From contig LDXO01000009.1 of assembly GCA_001443455.1 (NCBI GenBank), positions 16,444-80,443 of the forward strand: 64,000 bases of DNA, in the 5' to 3' direction. Position numbers and translations under genes: made by a program. The notes below the pieces were generated by a model, which made no database searches, was not told where the DNA came from, and saw only the letters and a program-made list of their open reading frames with translations. Source of the stretch: Deltaproteobacteria bacterium CSP1-8 (lineage in GTDB: Bacteria > Desulfobacterota > Deferrimicrobia > Deferrimicrobiales > Deferrimicrobiaceae). This document shows positions 50,741 through 60,999 of the stretch, in pieces; positions within the stretch are counted from its first letter, which is position 1, and every line of letters begins with the position of its first letter.

Positions 50741-53700
50741 AACTGCTCCATTTCTTCCGAAAACCGGCGCTTTCCGAAACGAGGAAGAACGTACTTCTCT
50801 CGTTCGCCAGGAAGAACGCATCCCCGCACGTCAAGGGGATGGAAACGGAGTTCTGCTTCAACATCGAGACGTCGGCGCCCTTGAACGGCCGGGAAATCGA
50901 AACGCTCCGGTGGCTGGTGGCCGAGACGTTCGAGCCGGAGCAATTTTCTTCCGTAAGTTTTCTCGCCCGGGACCAAGTGCTCGAAGTCGGCCCGCGGATG
51001 AACTTCACGACGGCATGGTCGACGAATGCCGTCTCCGTCTTCCAGGCGTGCGGCCTGGACAAAATCAAGAGAATCGAGCGGTCACGAAGATACAAGTGGA
51101 TAACGGATGCGAAGCTTGGCAAGGATCAGATCGAACGACTCCTGTCGGAAGTCCACGACAGGATGACCGAATGCCCCTATCCGGCGACCCTGACGACGTT
51201 CGAGACGGGGATCCGGCCGGAAGCCGTCCGTACCGTCCCGCTGATCGAGGAAGGAATCCCGGCGCTCCAGAACATCAACGCGACCCTCGGGTTGGGGTTG
51301 GACGCCTGGGACATCGAGTACTACTACGACCTTTTCGCAAAGGACCTCAAGCGCAACCCGACCGACGTGGAATGTTTCGACCTGAGCCAGTCCAACAGCG
51401 AACATTCCCGCCACTGGTTCTTCCGGGGAAAACTGGTCGTCGAAGGGAAGGAAGTCCCGGAAACACTCATGCAGATCGTCAAAAGCCCCTTGATGGCGAA
51501 CCCGGGCAACAGCGTGATCGCCTTCCGGGACAACTCGAGCGCGATCCAGGGGTACCGGATCAAAACCATTCGCCCCGAACATCCGGGAAGGTGCTCCCGG
51601 TTCGAAGAGGCGAACCCGACCTATCACCTCATCTTCACGGCGGAGACCCACAATTTCCCGAGCGGTGTCGCCCCGTTTCCCGGGGCGGAGACGGGCACGG
51701 GGGGAAGGATCCGGGACATCCAGGCCACGGGACGGGGAGGACTCGTCGTGGCGGGGACCGCCGCCTACTGCGTCGGGAATTTACGGATCCCCGGCTACCG
51801 GCTCCCCTGGGAAGACCCTTCTTTCCGGTATCCGGGCAATCTCGCCACTCCCCTTTCGATCGAGATCCAGGCGAGCAACGGCGCCTCCGACTACGGGAAC
51901 AAGTTCGGCGAGCCCGTCATCCAGGGGTTCACCCGCTCGTTCGGCCTGCGATTGCCGGACGGGGAGCGAAGGGAGTGGATCAAGCCGATCATGTTCACGG
52001 GCGGGATCGGGCAGATGGATTCCCGGCACGTCGAAAAGGGGATTCCGGAAAAAGGGATGCTCCTCGCGAAGATCGGGGGCCCCGCCTACCGGATCGGCCT
52101 GGGGGGCGGTGCCGCGTCGAGCATGATCCAGGGCGAGAACATCGCGGAGCTCGACTTCAACGCTGTCCAGCGCGGCGACGCCGAGATGGAACAGAAGGTG
52201 AACCGGGTCATCCGCGCCTGCATCGAGATGGGGGAAAACAATCCGATCGTCAGCATCCACGACCAGGGCGCCGGAGGGAACTGCAACGTCGTCAAGGAAA
52301 TCATCTACCCCGCGGGAGCAAGGATCGAGATCCGCAAGATCCAGAGCGGGGACGACACCCTGTCCGTCCTCGAGTTGTGGGGCGCCGAATACCAGGAGCA
52401 GAACGCCCTCCTTCTCCGGCCCGGAAACGCAGGCAGGTTCGAAAAGATGTGCCGCAGGGAGAAGGTACCCTGCGCGTTCATCGGGCGGATCTCGGGGGAC
52501 GGCCGGATCGTCCTGGTCGACGAGACCGACGGGAGCACGCCCGTGGATCTCGATCTGGAAAAGATCCTGGGCGATATGCCGCAGAAGACGTTCCGCCTCG
52601 ACAGGATCGCGCCGGAACGGGAGCCCCTGAAACTCCCCGGGAACTTGAGCGTCGGGGGCGCGCTGGACCGCGTATTGCGGCTCGTCTCCGTCGGTTCGAA
52701 GCGGTTTCTGACGAACAAGGTCGACCGCAGCGTCACAGGTCTGGTCGCCAGGCAGCAGTGCGCAGGCCCCCTGCAGCTGACCGTCTCCGACGTCGCGGTG
52801 ATTGCCCAGAGCCACTTCGGCTTGACGGGCGCTGCTATCTCGATCGGTGAACAGCCGATCAAGACCCTCATCGACCCGGCCGCGATGGCAAGGCTTTCCG
52901 TGGGAGAGGCGCTGACCAACCTGGTGTGGGCGAAGATCAGCAGGCTGGAAGACGTGAAATGCTCCGGGAACTGGATGTGGGCCGCGAAGCTTCCCGGCGA
53001 AGGGACGAGGCTTTACGAAGCGGCGGTCGCGCTGCGGGACATCATGCTGGAACTCGGCATCGCGATCGACGGGGGGAAAGACAGCCTGTCGATGGCAGCG
53101 AAGGTCGTCTCCGGGGAGGCGAGCGAAATGGTCAAATCTCCCGGGACGCTGGTGATCTCGTCCTATGCGCCGTGCCCGGACATCACGAAGGTGGCGACGC
53201 CCGACCTCAAAATGCCGGGGAAAAGCCGGCTCCTGTTCATCGATCTGGGGAACGGCAGGGACCGGCTCGGAGGATCGGCCCTCGCGCAGGTGTACAACCA
53301 GGTTGGCGTCGAATCCCCCGATGTGGACGACCCGGGTCTGCTGAAGCGGGCCTTCAACGCCGTCCAGGGGCTGATCTCGAAGGGTCTCATCCTTTCCGGG
53401 CACGACCGCAGCGACGGTGGGCTCGCCACAACGCTTCTGGAGATGGCATTTTCCGGAAACTGCGGGCTGGACATCGCCGTGGGAGGCGCGGGAGCCATCC
53501 CCTGCCTCTTTTCCGAGGAACTCGGGCTGGTCATCGAGTACCTTCCGAAAGACGAAACGACCATCACCTTTCGACTCAGGAAAGCAAAGGTCCCCTTCCG
53601 GATCCTCGGCAGGACGACGACGGGAAAGCGGATCAGGGTCAGGTTCAACGGCCGGATCGTCCTGGACGAGGAGATGAGGGGCTTGCGGGAGACCTGGGAG

Positions 53701-54645
53701 GAGACGAGCCATCGGTTGGAGAGGCTCCAGGCGAACCCGAAGTGCATCACGGAAGAAAAGAAAAACATCCACGATCGGCAGGGGCCTTCGTACAAGGTCA
53801 CCTTTCCTCCCAAAGCCGCTTCCCCCGCCGTCATACGGAAAAGGAAGAACCCCGCGGTAGCGGTCATCCGGGAAGAAGGAAGCAACAGCGACCGGGAGAT
53901 GTCGTCTGCGTTTTACCAGGCGGGATTCGACGTCTGGGACGTGACGATGACCGACTTCCTCGGAGGGAAGGTCGACCTCGACAGGTTCCGGGGGATGGCC
54001 TTCGTCGGGGGATTCAGCTACGCGGATGTCTTGGACTCCGCCAAGGGTTGGGCCGGGGTGATCCGGTTCAACAGGGATATCTTCGAACAGTTCCGCCGGT
54101 TCTACGACCGTACCGACACGTTCAGCCTGGGCGTATGCAACGGATGCCAGCTGATGGCGCTGCTCGGCTGGATCCCTTGGACCGGGATCGAGGACAGGCA
54201 CCAGCCGAGATTCATCCACAACCTCTCGGGACGGTTCGAATCCCGGTTTTCCACCGTCAGGATCTTCCCGAGCCCCTCCATCATGCTTGCGGGCATGCAA
54301 GGCTCCACCCTGGGAATCTGGGTCGCCCACGGGGAAGGAAGGGCCTATTTCCCCAGGAAGGAAATCCTCCGGAAAGTGGAGTCCCTGTCCCTCGCCCCGG
54401 TCCGGTACGTCGACGACAGACGGGAACCGACGATGAAATACCCGTTCAACCCGAACGGGTCGGCAAACGGCATCGCGGCGCTATGCTCCACCGACGGCAG
54501 GCACTTGGCGATCATGCCCCACCCCGAACGGACGTTCCTCAAGTGGCAGTGGGCCTGGATGCCCGAGGAGTGGAGGAAAAACCTCAAGGCCTCTCCGTGG
54601 ATCAAGATGTTCCAGAATGCGAGGGAATGGTGCGAGAAGGATTGA
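50737..54645 (+). CDS. purL: Phosphoribosylformylglycinamidine synthase, large single-chain form
   Basis: QSNSEHSRHWFF, ETHNFP, IHDQGAGG, FLTNKVDRSV and the glutaminase motifs GVCNGCQ / MPHPER. Confidence 0.96.
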   Translation: MKLLHFFRKPALSETRKNVLLSFARKNASPHVKGMETEFCFNIETSAPLNGREIETLRWLVAETFEPEQFSSVSFLARDQVLEVGPRMNFTTAWSTNAVSVFQACGLDKIKRIERSRRYKWITDAKLGKDQIERLLSEVHDRMTECPYPATLTTFETGIRPEAVRTVPLIEEGIPALQNINATLGLGLDAWDIEYYYDLFAKDLKRNPTDVECFDLSQSNSEHSRHWFFRGKLVVEGKEVPETLMQIVKSPLMANPGNSVIAFRDNSSAIQGYRIKTIRPEHPGRCSRFEEANPTYHLIFTAETHNFPSGVAPFPGAETGTGGRIRDIQATGRGGLVVAGTAAYCVGNLRIPGYRLPWEDPSFRYPGNLATPLSIEIQASNGASDYGNKFGEPVIQGFTRSFGLRLPDGERREWIKPIMFTGGIGQMDSRHVEKGIPEKGMLLAKIGGPAYRIGLGGGAASSMIQGENIAELDFNAVQRGDAEMEQKVNRVIRACIEMGENNPIVSIHDQGAGGNCNVVKEIIYPAGARIEIRKIQSGDDTLSVLELWGAEYQEQNALLLRPGNAGRFEKMCRREKVPCAFIGRISGDGRIVLVDETDGSTPVDLDLEKILGDMPQKTFRLDRIAPEREPLKLPGNLSVGGALDRVLRLVSVGSKRFLTNKVDRSVTGLVARQQCAGPLQLTVSDVAVIAQSHFGLTGAAISIGEQPIKTLIDPAAMARLSVGEALTNLVWAKISRLEDVKCSGNWMWAAKLPGEGTRLYEAAVALRDIMLELGIAIDGGKDSLSMAAKVVSGEASEMVKSPGTLVISSYAPCPDITKVATPDLKMPGKSRLLFIDLGNGRDRLGGSALAQVYNQVGVESPDVDDPGLLKRAFNAVQGLISKGLILSGHDRSDGGLATTLLEMAFSGNCGLDIAVGGAGAIPCLFSEELGLVIEYLPKDETTITFRLRKAKVPFRILGRTTTGKRIRVRFNGRIVLDEEMRGLRETWEETSHRLERLQANPKCITEEKKNIHDRQGPSYKVTFPPKAASPAVIRKRKNPAVAVIREEGSNSDREMSSAFYQAGFDVWDVTMTDFLGGKVDLDRFRGMAFVGGFSYADVLDSAKGWAGVIRFNRDIFEQFRRFYDRTDTFSLGVCNGCQLMALLGWIPWTGIEDRHQPRFIHNLSGRFESRFSTVRIFPSPSIMLAGMQGSTLGIWVAHGEGRAYFPRKEILRKVESLSLAPVRYVDDRREPTMKYPFNPNGSANGIAALCSTDGRHLAIMPHPERTFLKWQWAWMPEEWRKNLKASPWIKMFQNAREWCEKD

Positions 54646-54707
54646 TCCTCTCCCCATGCAGGTCAAGGCTTCCGAGGTCGCGAAAAGGTTCGGGAGATGG
54701 ACGACCG

Positions 54708-55016
54708 TCAATCGAGATCGACGTCGCGCAACGGCTTGGTGGGCGGCACGTCCTGGCTCTTTTCGAGGAACTCCTTGAACTTCTTGTCCATCGTGGCGCC
54801 TTTTTCCTTGTCGGTCTTGACGATCTCCTGGTAGCGGGCGTCGACCCGCGCCTTCTCGTCGGCGAGAAGCTTCATCGCGTCCTTGAGATCCGCAGTCTTC
54901 CGCGGATCCTTCGCCTCCTTCCACTCCTTGACCGTGCCCGCCCGGGGATCGACCAGGAGGGTCGAGTTGCAGCAGGGACAGGTCACCTGGATGGTCGATT
55001 CACCGCTTTCCGCCAT
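54708..55016 (-). CDS. Conserved hypothetical protein with a CPCC motif and coiled coil
   Basis: VTCPCCNSTLLVDP followed by a charged helix; GC-rich codon usage and a GGGGG RBS. Confidence 0.7.
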   Translation of the reverse strand: MAESGESTIQVTCPCCNSTLLVDPRAGTVKEWKEAKDPRKTADLKDAMKLLADEKARVDARYQEIVKTDKEKGATMDKKFKEFLEKSQDVPPTKPLRDVDLD

Positions 55017-55427
55017 GGATCGTAATTCCCCCCTTCCCGTCCGGTCTTCCGGACTGCATTACCGATTATATCCGATCATGAACATTCCCGAATCAAGCGG
55101 GCCGCCATTGCAACGAAATCCTTATGCGGCCGGTCGGGCGTCCGGGGGTAAGACCTTCGGGGAAGATATACAAAAATGTCATGGACAAACCCCGGGCGAG
55201 AGATCATCCCATGATGTGACGTATTTAGGCACATTCCATTGGATATTCCCGCTTTTTGTTCTGAATTTGTATCCCGTGTCTCCTTCTTGCCTCCAGTATT
55301 CCATTGTTATTTAAGGAGAACTCTTTTCTCCTTGTCTTTGGCATATATTTTTCATGCTGAAACTCTATGGGGGGGGAGGCATGAGAAAAGGAGGAACGGC
55401 ACCTTGACTTCGAAAAGGAGTGGGGCC

Positions 55428-55892
55428 ATGAAGCACACACTGTCCGTCGCGATCCTTCTGGTAACGCTATCCGTTTTGACGACAGGCCTATCCGCCGCTG
55501 CCCAGGAGACCATCGGTATCGTGCGGACCTCCGAGGGCAAAGCCACCGTCACCCGCGGGGGGAAGGTCATACCGGCCGAAGAGGGGACGAAGCTCCTCGT
55601 CGGCGACACCTTGCGAACCGGCCCCGACGGGTCGCTGGGCGTCATCCTCCGGGACAATTCCACCCTCTCCCTCGGTCCGGAAAGCAGCTTCGTCATCCAG
55701 AAGTTCCTCTTTTCCCCCGCCGAAGGAAAGCTCGGCCTGATGGCCCGACTCTCCAAGGGAACGATGGCCTACCTCTCGGGTCTCATCGGCAAGCTGGCCC
55801 CCGAGTCGGTGCGGTTCGAAACTCCGACGGCCTCGATCGGGGTCCGGGGGACCCACTTCGCGGTGAAGACCGGGGAACCCGCTTCGCAATGA
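55428..55892 (+). CDS. Secreted FecR-domain protein (copy 2)
   Basis: Same length (465 nt) as 41877-42341. The 3' part is identical in sequence. Confidence 0.85.
   Translation: MKHTLSVAILLVTLSVLTTGLSAAAQETIGIVRTSEGKATVTRGGKVIPAEEGTKLLVGDTLRTGPDGSLGVILRDNSTLSLGPESSFVIQKFLFSPAEGKLGLMARLSKGTMAYLSGLIGKLAPESVRFETPTASIGVRGTHFAVKTGEPASQ
55601..55877 (+). repeat. Direct repeat of 42050-42326 (about 277 bp, identical by eye)
   Basis: Base-by-base comparison from CGGCGACACCTTGCGAACC to GACCGGGGAA found no mismatch. Confidence 0.85.
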
Positions 55893-56077
55893 AGGGGGAT
55901 CACGGAAACCCGTAACGTCTTACCCCTCCCACTTGCCTTCTTCCATCGCTCGTCCATAATGATGGTATTCACACCGGTGCCATCCAACCCGCTTCCTTTT
56001 GCAGAAGAGGTTGGGTAATGAATTTCCCCATGATCGATCAATCGCCCGAAAGAGATGGGCTCGCGCGGAGGGGAACG

Positions 56078-57589
56078 ATGTCTCCCAGGATCCCTTCCAT
56101 CCTGATCGCGGTGGTTCTTGCCCTCCCCCTCCTTTCCTCCGATGCCATGCCCGCGCAGGGGAAAGGCCCGGAAAAAATGGAATTGTACACCGCCGGCGAC
56201 AACACCTTCGCCCTGTACAAACCGCCGGGCTGGAAAGTCGACTCGCGTGCCGTCGAAAACGGGAAGGTCGTCACCGTGTCCGATCCGAAAGGCGGCTCCC
56301 GTGCAGTCATGAGAATCCTTTCGATGCAGGACCGGCGCGAGAACTCCACCACCCTCGTCTCCCGCACCCTGAAAGACCTGCGCGCAACCGTTTCAGGGCT
56401 TGACCTGGCGTGGGCCAGGAGCACTGAGGACCGCCGCCGCGCGGTGATCGAATTCCGGTACACAGGCAACCAAAAGAACCCGATGAGGGGCCGGTACTAT
56501 TTCAACACGCAATACCCCGATGCCACGGTATTCGGCTACGAGGCAACCGAGAAGGAGTTCGGGAAACAAAAGTCCCTTTTGCTCTCGGTGCTCGCGAATT
56601 TCACGATCCTTGACCCTTCGGCCGCCTCCGGGCAGTTCGGCGCTTCCTCCCCCCGCAAGAATGCGCCCGATCTGCAGATGACGAAAACCGTCTCGGGGGA
56701 CCGCTCCTTCTCCCTCCTCGTCCCGAAGGGATGGAAGCTCGAAGGAGCCAAGGGACAGGCGCTGTGCACGACCCCCGGTGACGGCATCGCCGGGTTCATC
56801 GCCTCGACGATTTCCTTCTGGGGGCCTTCCCGGGTCCCGTATTTCGACAGCTCCCGGATTCGGGGAGTCATTCACTCCCCCTACTGTCGGCCCGTGGACG
56901 CCCTGATCCTCGCAATGAGGGAGTCCGGTTCACGCAACCACAAGGTCCTGGAACGCGCCACCGACCCCGCCAGGGCCGGGAAAACCGCCGCGTATCTGAA
57001 GCGGGGGGCCGACGTGGAAACGGCATCGCTCTCCTTCGACAGCAGGACCGGAGTACGATGCAAGGGAGTCTTTGACGTAACGGCCTTCCACCCTCTCCCT
57101 TCCGGGCAATGGGGGATCACCGTCACGGGAATCTGGTCACCGGAAAAGGAAATTGCCGAATACCTGCCTTCGCTACTGCGGATGGCGGAGAGTTACCACA
57201 TCAACGAACAGTTCGCCGAGGATTATGTGCGCCGGGGGCTCGAAAACCTAAGAAGGATGACCCGGGAAACCTCGGAAAAAGCGGCGCGCGCCGCCCGTGA
57301 AATCCGGGAAAGTTCGATGGCGGCATACCAGGAACGGCAGAGAAGCATGGAATACATCGATTACAAGCGGACCGGCTACATCCGCGGGGAACAGGAATGG
57401 CTGTCCCAGGCGGAAGGCGGCGCCCTCTACAAGTCCGACCACTGGGGTTTGAGCCGCGAAGGGGAAAGGGATATCGAGGGACAGGACTACAACTACTACA
57501 ACTACAAGGGAAAGAACCCCCGATACAACGAAACGATGACGCCCGTGGACATATCGCGGGAGGTCTACGAGAGCGTCTACGGGAAGTGA
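56078..57589 (+). CDS. Secreted hypothetical protein with two PsbP-like repeats and a coiled coil
   Basis: Signal peptide, repeated F(A/S)LxxPxGWK motifs and a charged helical C-terminal segment. Confidence 0.7.
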   Translation: MSPRIPSILIAVVLALPLLSSDAMPAQGKGPEKMELYTAGDNTFALYKPPGWKVDSRAVENGKVVTVSDPKGGSRAVMRILSMQDRRENSTTLVSRTLKDLRATVSGLDLAWARSTEDRRRAVIEFRYTGNQKNPMRGRYYFNTQYPDATVFGYEATEKEFGKQKSLLLSVLANFTILDPSAASGQFGASSPRKNAPDLQMTKTVSGDRSFSLLVPKGWKLEGAKGQALCTTPGDGIAGFIASTISFWGPSRVPYFDSSRIRGVIHSPYCRPVDALILAMRESGSRNHKVLERATDPARAGKTAAYLKRGADVETASLSFDSRTGVRCKGVFDVTAFHPLPSGQWGITVTGIWSPEKEIAEYLPSLLRMAESYHINEQFAEDYVRRGLENLRRMTRETSEKAARAAREIRESSMAAYQERQRSMEYIDYKRTGYIRGEQEWLSQAEGGALYKSDHWGLSREGERDIEGQDYNYYNYKGKNPRYNETMTPVDISREVYESVYGK

Positions 57590-57651
57590 GGGAGCGGTGG
57601 GGTCTCCCCCCCCTCTTCGTTTGGGAGGGGCGCAATCCGGGAAGAGAGACC

Positions 57652-58938
57652 TTGGATATACGAATCGGAAAATACCTGTTCGGCATCACCGGAACGTCGG
57701 CTGGTCTTGTTTTTCTCTCCCTATGTCTTTTGGTTCTCCCTCCGCGTGCCGAGGCCTCGCCCCGCTTCCTTTACTTCCTGAAGGGACACGTCGTTCACCG
57801 GCTGGCATTTCCCGACATGCGCTCCGAAACGATCCTTGTTTTCGCCGAAGGGGACGTTCCCGACGGGCCTCCACAGGTTCGGGCCTCGGCCGGAATGGTT
57901 GCATGGGTGAGAAAGGAAGGCAACGTGACCTTTCTGTTGTCCTGGGACGGAAGCGGGAAATCCCGTCTCCCCCTCGAACGGCACGTGTCCATGGAGGAGG
58001 GAATTTTCGGGATCGAATACCGCAAGGATGGCGAAATTTTGCGCGTAGTCCCCCGCATCGGTGACACCTATCTCAGTGCGTTCCTCCTGTCTCCCGATGG
58101 GTCGAAGATCGCATGGAACGTGAATGTCATTACCGGTTTGTCACCGGAGGATGCGGGCACATCCCGCCAGCGACACCTCATTTACCGATCCGACATCGAC
58201 GGGAAGAACCGGAAACTTGTCCTCGAACAGAACTACGATGTTACGGGCATCTTCGCCGACGCCACGGAGGATCGAAGGCTTTTGCGATGGTCCCGGATCA
58301 ATCCCGAATGGATATATTTCACCCGCTTCGAGGGGAGGCAGCTGGGGGGCGTTCATGTGGGTCTTTACCGATGCAACATTCGAACCGGGTCACTGGAGGT
58401 CGTGGACGATACCATCGAGGAGGTTCTCGCACTGTCCGAAGACGAAACGCTTGCCGCCTATACACCGAACGAAGGCTCCTGCTGCGGCAGGATCAATCAG
58501 ACAAACAACCAGGTAATCGTCAAGAACCTCAAAACCGGCAAGGGATCCGTCGTCTTCGACGAATGGGGAGAGTTCGCCAACAAACCCCTGGAGCCGGGAG
58601 AGGAAGGGATCGGGGAAGAAATCATGCCCGTAAGCGCTTTCTTTTCGCCGGATGGCAAGAGGCTTGCCATCACCGTCCGCCGATGGTCATCGGAAAGCAG
58701 CGTTCCGTCCCGGGTCATGACGATCGCCCGGAAGATCAAATCCGGCGGGCGTGGCGGGTACATGGAAGGACGATGCGCGCTGGGTTGGCTGGACAATCGG
58801 CGTGTGCTTCTCGGGGAGTGCCATGTGTCGAACGTTGAGAAACGATTTTTTGGATCGCTCTCTCTTTACGACGTCGTGAAACAAACGGAAACCCTCCTCC
58901 CCGTGGAAGCTATCTCCCCTCTCGGCGTAGATCAATAA
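57652..58938 (+). CDS. Secreted hypothetical beta-propeller (TolB-like) protein
   Basis: Hydrophobic leader ending AEA and SPDGSKIAW / SEDETLAAY / SPDGKRLAI repeats. Start uncertain. Confidence 0.65.
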   Translation: MDIRIGKYLFGITGTSAGLVFLSLCLLVLPPRAEASPRFLYFLKGHVVHRLAFPDMRSETILVFAEGDVPDGPPQVRASAGMVAWVRKEGNVTFLLSWDGSGKSRLPLERHVSMEEGIFGIEYRKDGEILRVVPRIGDTYLSAFLLSPDGSKIAWNVNVITGLSPEDAGTSRQRHLIYRSDIDGKNRKLVLEQNYDVTGIFADATEDRRLLRWSRINPEWIYFTRFEGRQLGGVHVGLYRCNIRTGSLEVVDDTIEEVLALSEDETLAAYTPNEGSCCGRINQTNNQVIVKNLKTGKGSVVFDEWGEFANKPLEPGEEGIGEEIMPVSAFFSPDGKRLAITVRRWSSESSVPSRVMTIARKIKSGGRGGYMEGRCALGWLDNRRVLLGECHVSNVEKRFFGSLSLYDVVKQTETLLPVEAISPLGVDQ

Positions 58939-59006
58939 ACCGAAGAAAAGGGGCCACCCAAACGCGCAATCCCTTCTCGTCATCGGTAGCGGGGGCTGGA
59001 TGGGAA

Positions 59007-59028
59007 CCTTGTCCCTTCGGGGGCGAGG
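59007..59028 (+). terminator. Hairpin with a UUCG tetraloop between convergent genes
   Basis: CCTTGTCCC-TTCG-GGGGCGAGG. Confidence 0.45.
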
Positions 59029-59041
59029 GGTACGGTACCAA

Positions 59042-59515
59042 TCACCTGATTTCAACAAGAGAGCGGAATTTCTCCATCATGGCAACGGTTTTATCTATTT
59101 TCTCTTCCCCGACTGCCAGTTCCAAAAGCATGAGCTCGTCCTCATAAATATCTCGAGGAATTTGATTTTTGATCAAAGGTTCCAGAATATGAAACACTTT
59201 CAGCTTAAGACTTTCTCCGGCTAATGGGCCGGACCAACTGGGATCACCGTCGATCACAGTCCTGGAACCGACTTCCAGATATTGTTCGTTGGTAATGCCC
59301 CACACCACAAAAAGATTTTCCGCTTGCTGTTCTTCTGCAGCCTTTTTGATTGCTTCTTGACTCGCCGAGTCAAGTGCCAAAGCGGCCGTTCAAACGAAAC
59401 ATGCTTCCCTGACCAGGATCACCTCGGCCCCCGCCGCTTCCAGACACCGTTTTAACGAATCCGCCTTGATTTCCTGGCCGTCTCCGAAGGCGATCACTTT
59501 TTTCCCATCAAGCAT
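59042..59515 (-). CDS. grdA: Glycine/sarcosine/betaine reductase selenoprotein A (Sec at 59390-59392)
   Basis: Manual translation MLDGKKVIAFGD...EACFV-U-TAA...GDPSWSGPLAG...FHILEP. 158 codons including the stop; CxxU motif. Confidence 0.92.
59356..59374 (-). promoter_or_regulatory. SECIS hairpin of grdA
   Basis: mRNA CUUGACUC-GGC-GAGUCAAG: perfect 8-bp stem, apical G 24 nt after the UGA. Confidence 0.75.
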
Positions 59516-60998
59516 GTTCCCCCTCCTCCGCATGTTTCGGGTTTTTCCACAAAACGATGGATAAACCGTCAGACAAATTCGTCATTCTGGTTAAAAACGG
59601 GCTGCCCTTGGCTACGATCATGATCCGTTTTTTCTTGCCTTCCAAGATTTCTTTTATCCCATGAGCAATATAGGGAACGCCGGCGGGAATGTGCCCCTGG
59701 GTCGGGGCAAATCCCACCAGTCCCCGTTTTTCGATGAATTCATTCATCTGGGACTTGTCAATTTCTTTTTGTTGGACGGCCAATGCCGCAATCAGCCGGT
59801 AGTTTTTCAGAGGAATGTCATCCTGACCGATCAGCAAAGTGATCTCGGGATTTTGAAGTTCGGTGGCATAGCGGTCAATGTCCGTTATTTTCAAGCCATG
59901 GGCCTTCAGCGGTTCCAGGATCAGGCTTTCCTGTATGCGTTGCTGCGATCCGCCGGCGCCGATCGGGTATTTCCCTAAAAGATCGAGCCGAAGGATCGGC
60001 GAGTAGCCGTCATCTTCCGTCACCAGGAAGGCGACACCGCCGATAACGTCTTCCAAAACGGGCATGTTGTTATCGAGATGCCCCTGGAATTTCATACCCA
60101 GTTTGGCGAGTGAACCGCCTGCCACGACAGCCACATTCTTGAATAACCCCGCCTTGACCAGAGCCGCCGCATGCAGAATGCCATAATGGGGACCGACACA
60201 GAACGATTTGATATCGCAAGAAGTGGCGTTACGGCACCCGGCCATTTCGCCTATGGCGCGGGCCAGATTGCCGCCTCCTCGCTGATACCTGTCGCCAGCG
60301 GCTTCTTCGGAACAGCTGATAATAAAATCAATATCCGACGCATGAAATCGGGAGCCATCGAGCAAGTGGGTAAGCGCCAAAAATGCCGAGGCCTTGGTGA
60401 TCAGATTTTCCATGAGCACATCGGCTTGCAACGATTCGTCTTCTTCATGATGTCGTTGAAAACAGCCGACCAGGACATCATCATGGTAAAGAGGCAACGA
60501 ACGGTCCTGGTTTATTTTTTTATGAATTTCTTCGATATGTTTGCCACTGCGTAATTTTTGAAGCAGTCCATGTGAATGGCATAAGGAGTGTCCTTTGATC
60601 ACCGGCAAAACGATTTCATCCAAAAAAGTCTTTTCTAGCCAAACCAGGTCATAGGACGATTCATCCGTCGCCCCTTTTAAAAGAGCGTAGAACTCTTCCT
60701 GGGGCATGATTTCTCCGAAAGGACCAAATCTGCCGCAGTTGTCTCCACTATCCAAGAGATGATGAAACCACGGCTGCTTTACCGTTCTCAGCTTGTCCGG
60801 TTCCATATTACCGATGAAGACTTGATTGGGAGCATAGCCCACCGCTTCCTGAAAACTTCGCAAATGACTCTTCAATTTACCTGCAAGCTCTGGATGCTTT
60901 TTTATTTCTCTTGATGGTTTGGAACCGTGACGGACAAAATCGGGAAGATGAACGAGGATATTGGAACACTTTTTGATGATCACGTGGCTTGCATTCAT
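59508..60998 (-). CDS. grdC: Glycine reductase component C, beta subunit
   Basis: YAPNQVFIGN, CSEEAAGDRYQRGGGN, GGSLAKLGM and GFAPTQGHIP motifs. Confidence 0.9.
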   Translation of the reverse strand: MNASHVIIKKCSNILVHLPDFVRHGSKPSREIKKHPELAGKLKSHLRSFQEAVGYAPNQVFIGNMEPDKLRTVKQPWFHHLLDSGDNCGRFGPFGEIMPQEEFYALLKGATDESSYDLVWLEKTFLDEIVLPVIKGHSLCHSHGLLQKLRSGKHIEEIHKKINQDRSLPLYHDDVLVGCFQRHHEEDESLQADVLMENLITKASAFLALTHLLDGSRFHASDIDFIISCSEEAAGDRYQRGGGNLARAIGEMAGCRNATSCDIKSFCVGPHYGILHAAALVKAGLFKNVAVVAGGSLAKLGMKFQGHLDNNMPVLEDVIGGVAFLVTEDDGYSPILRLDLLGKYPIGAGGSQQRIQESLILEPLKAHGLKITDIDRYATELQNPEITLLIGQDDIPLKNYRLIAALAVQQKEIDKSQMNEFIEKRGLVGFAPTQGHIPAGVPYIAHGIKEILEGKKKRIMIVAKGSPFLTRMTNLSDGLSIVLWKNPKHAEEGEHA

Positions 60999-60999
60999 T

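Noticed and set aside
42050-55877. DGR template/variable repeat pair
   Set aside because: The shared block is identical rather than adenine-mutated, both copies are full genes, and there is no reverse transcriptase in the window.
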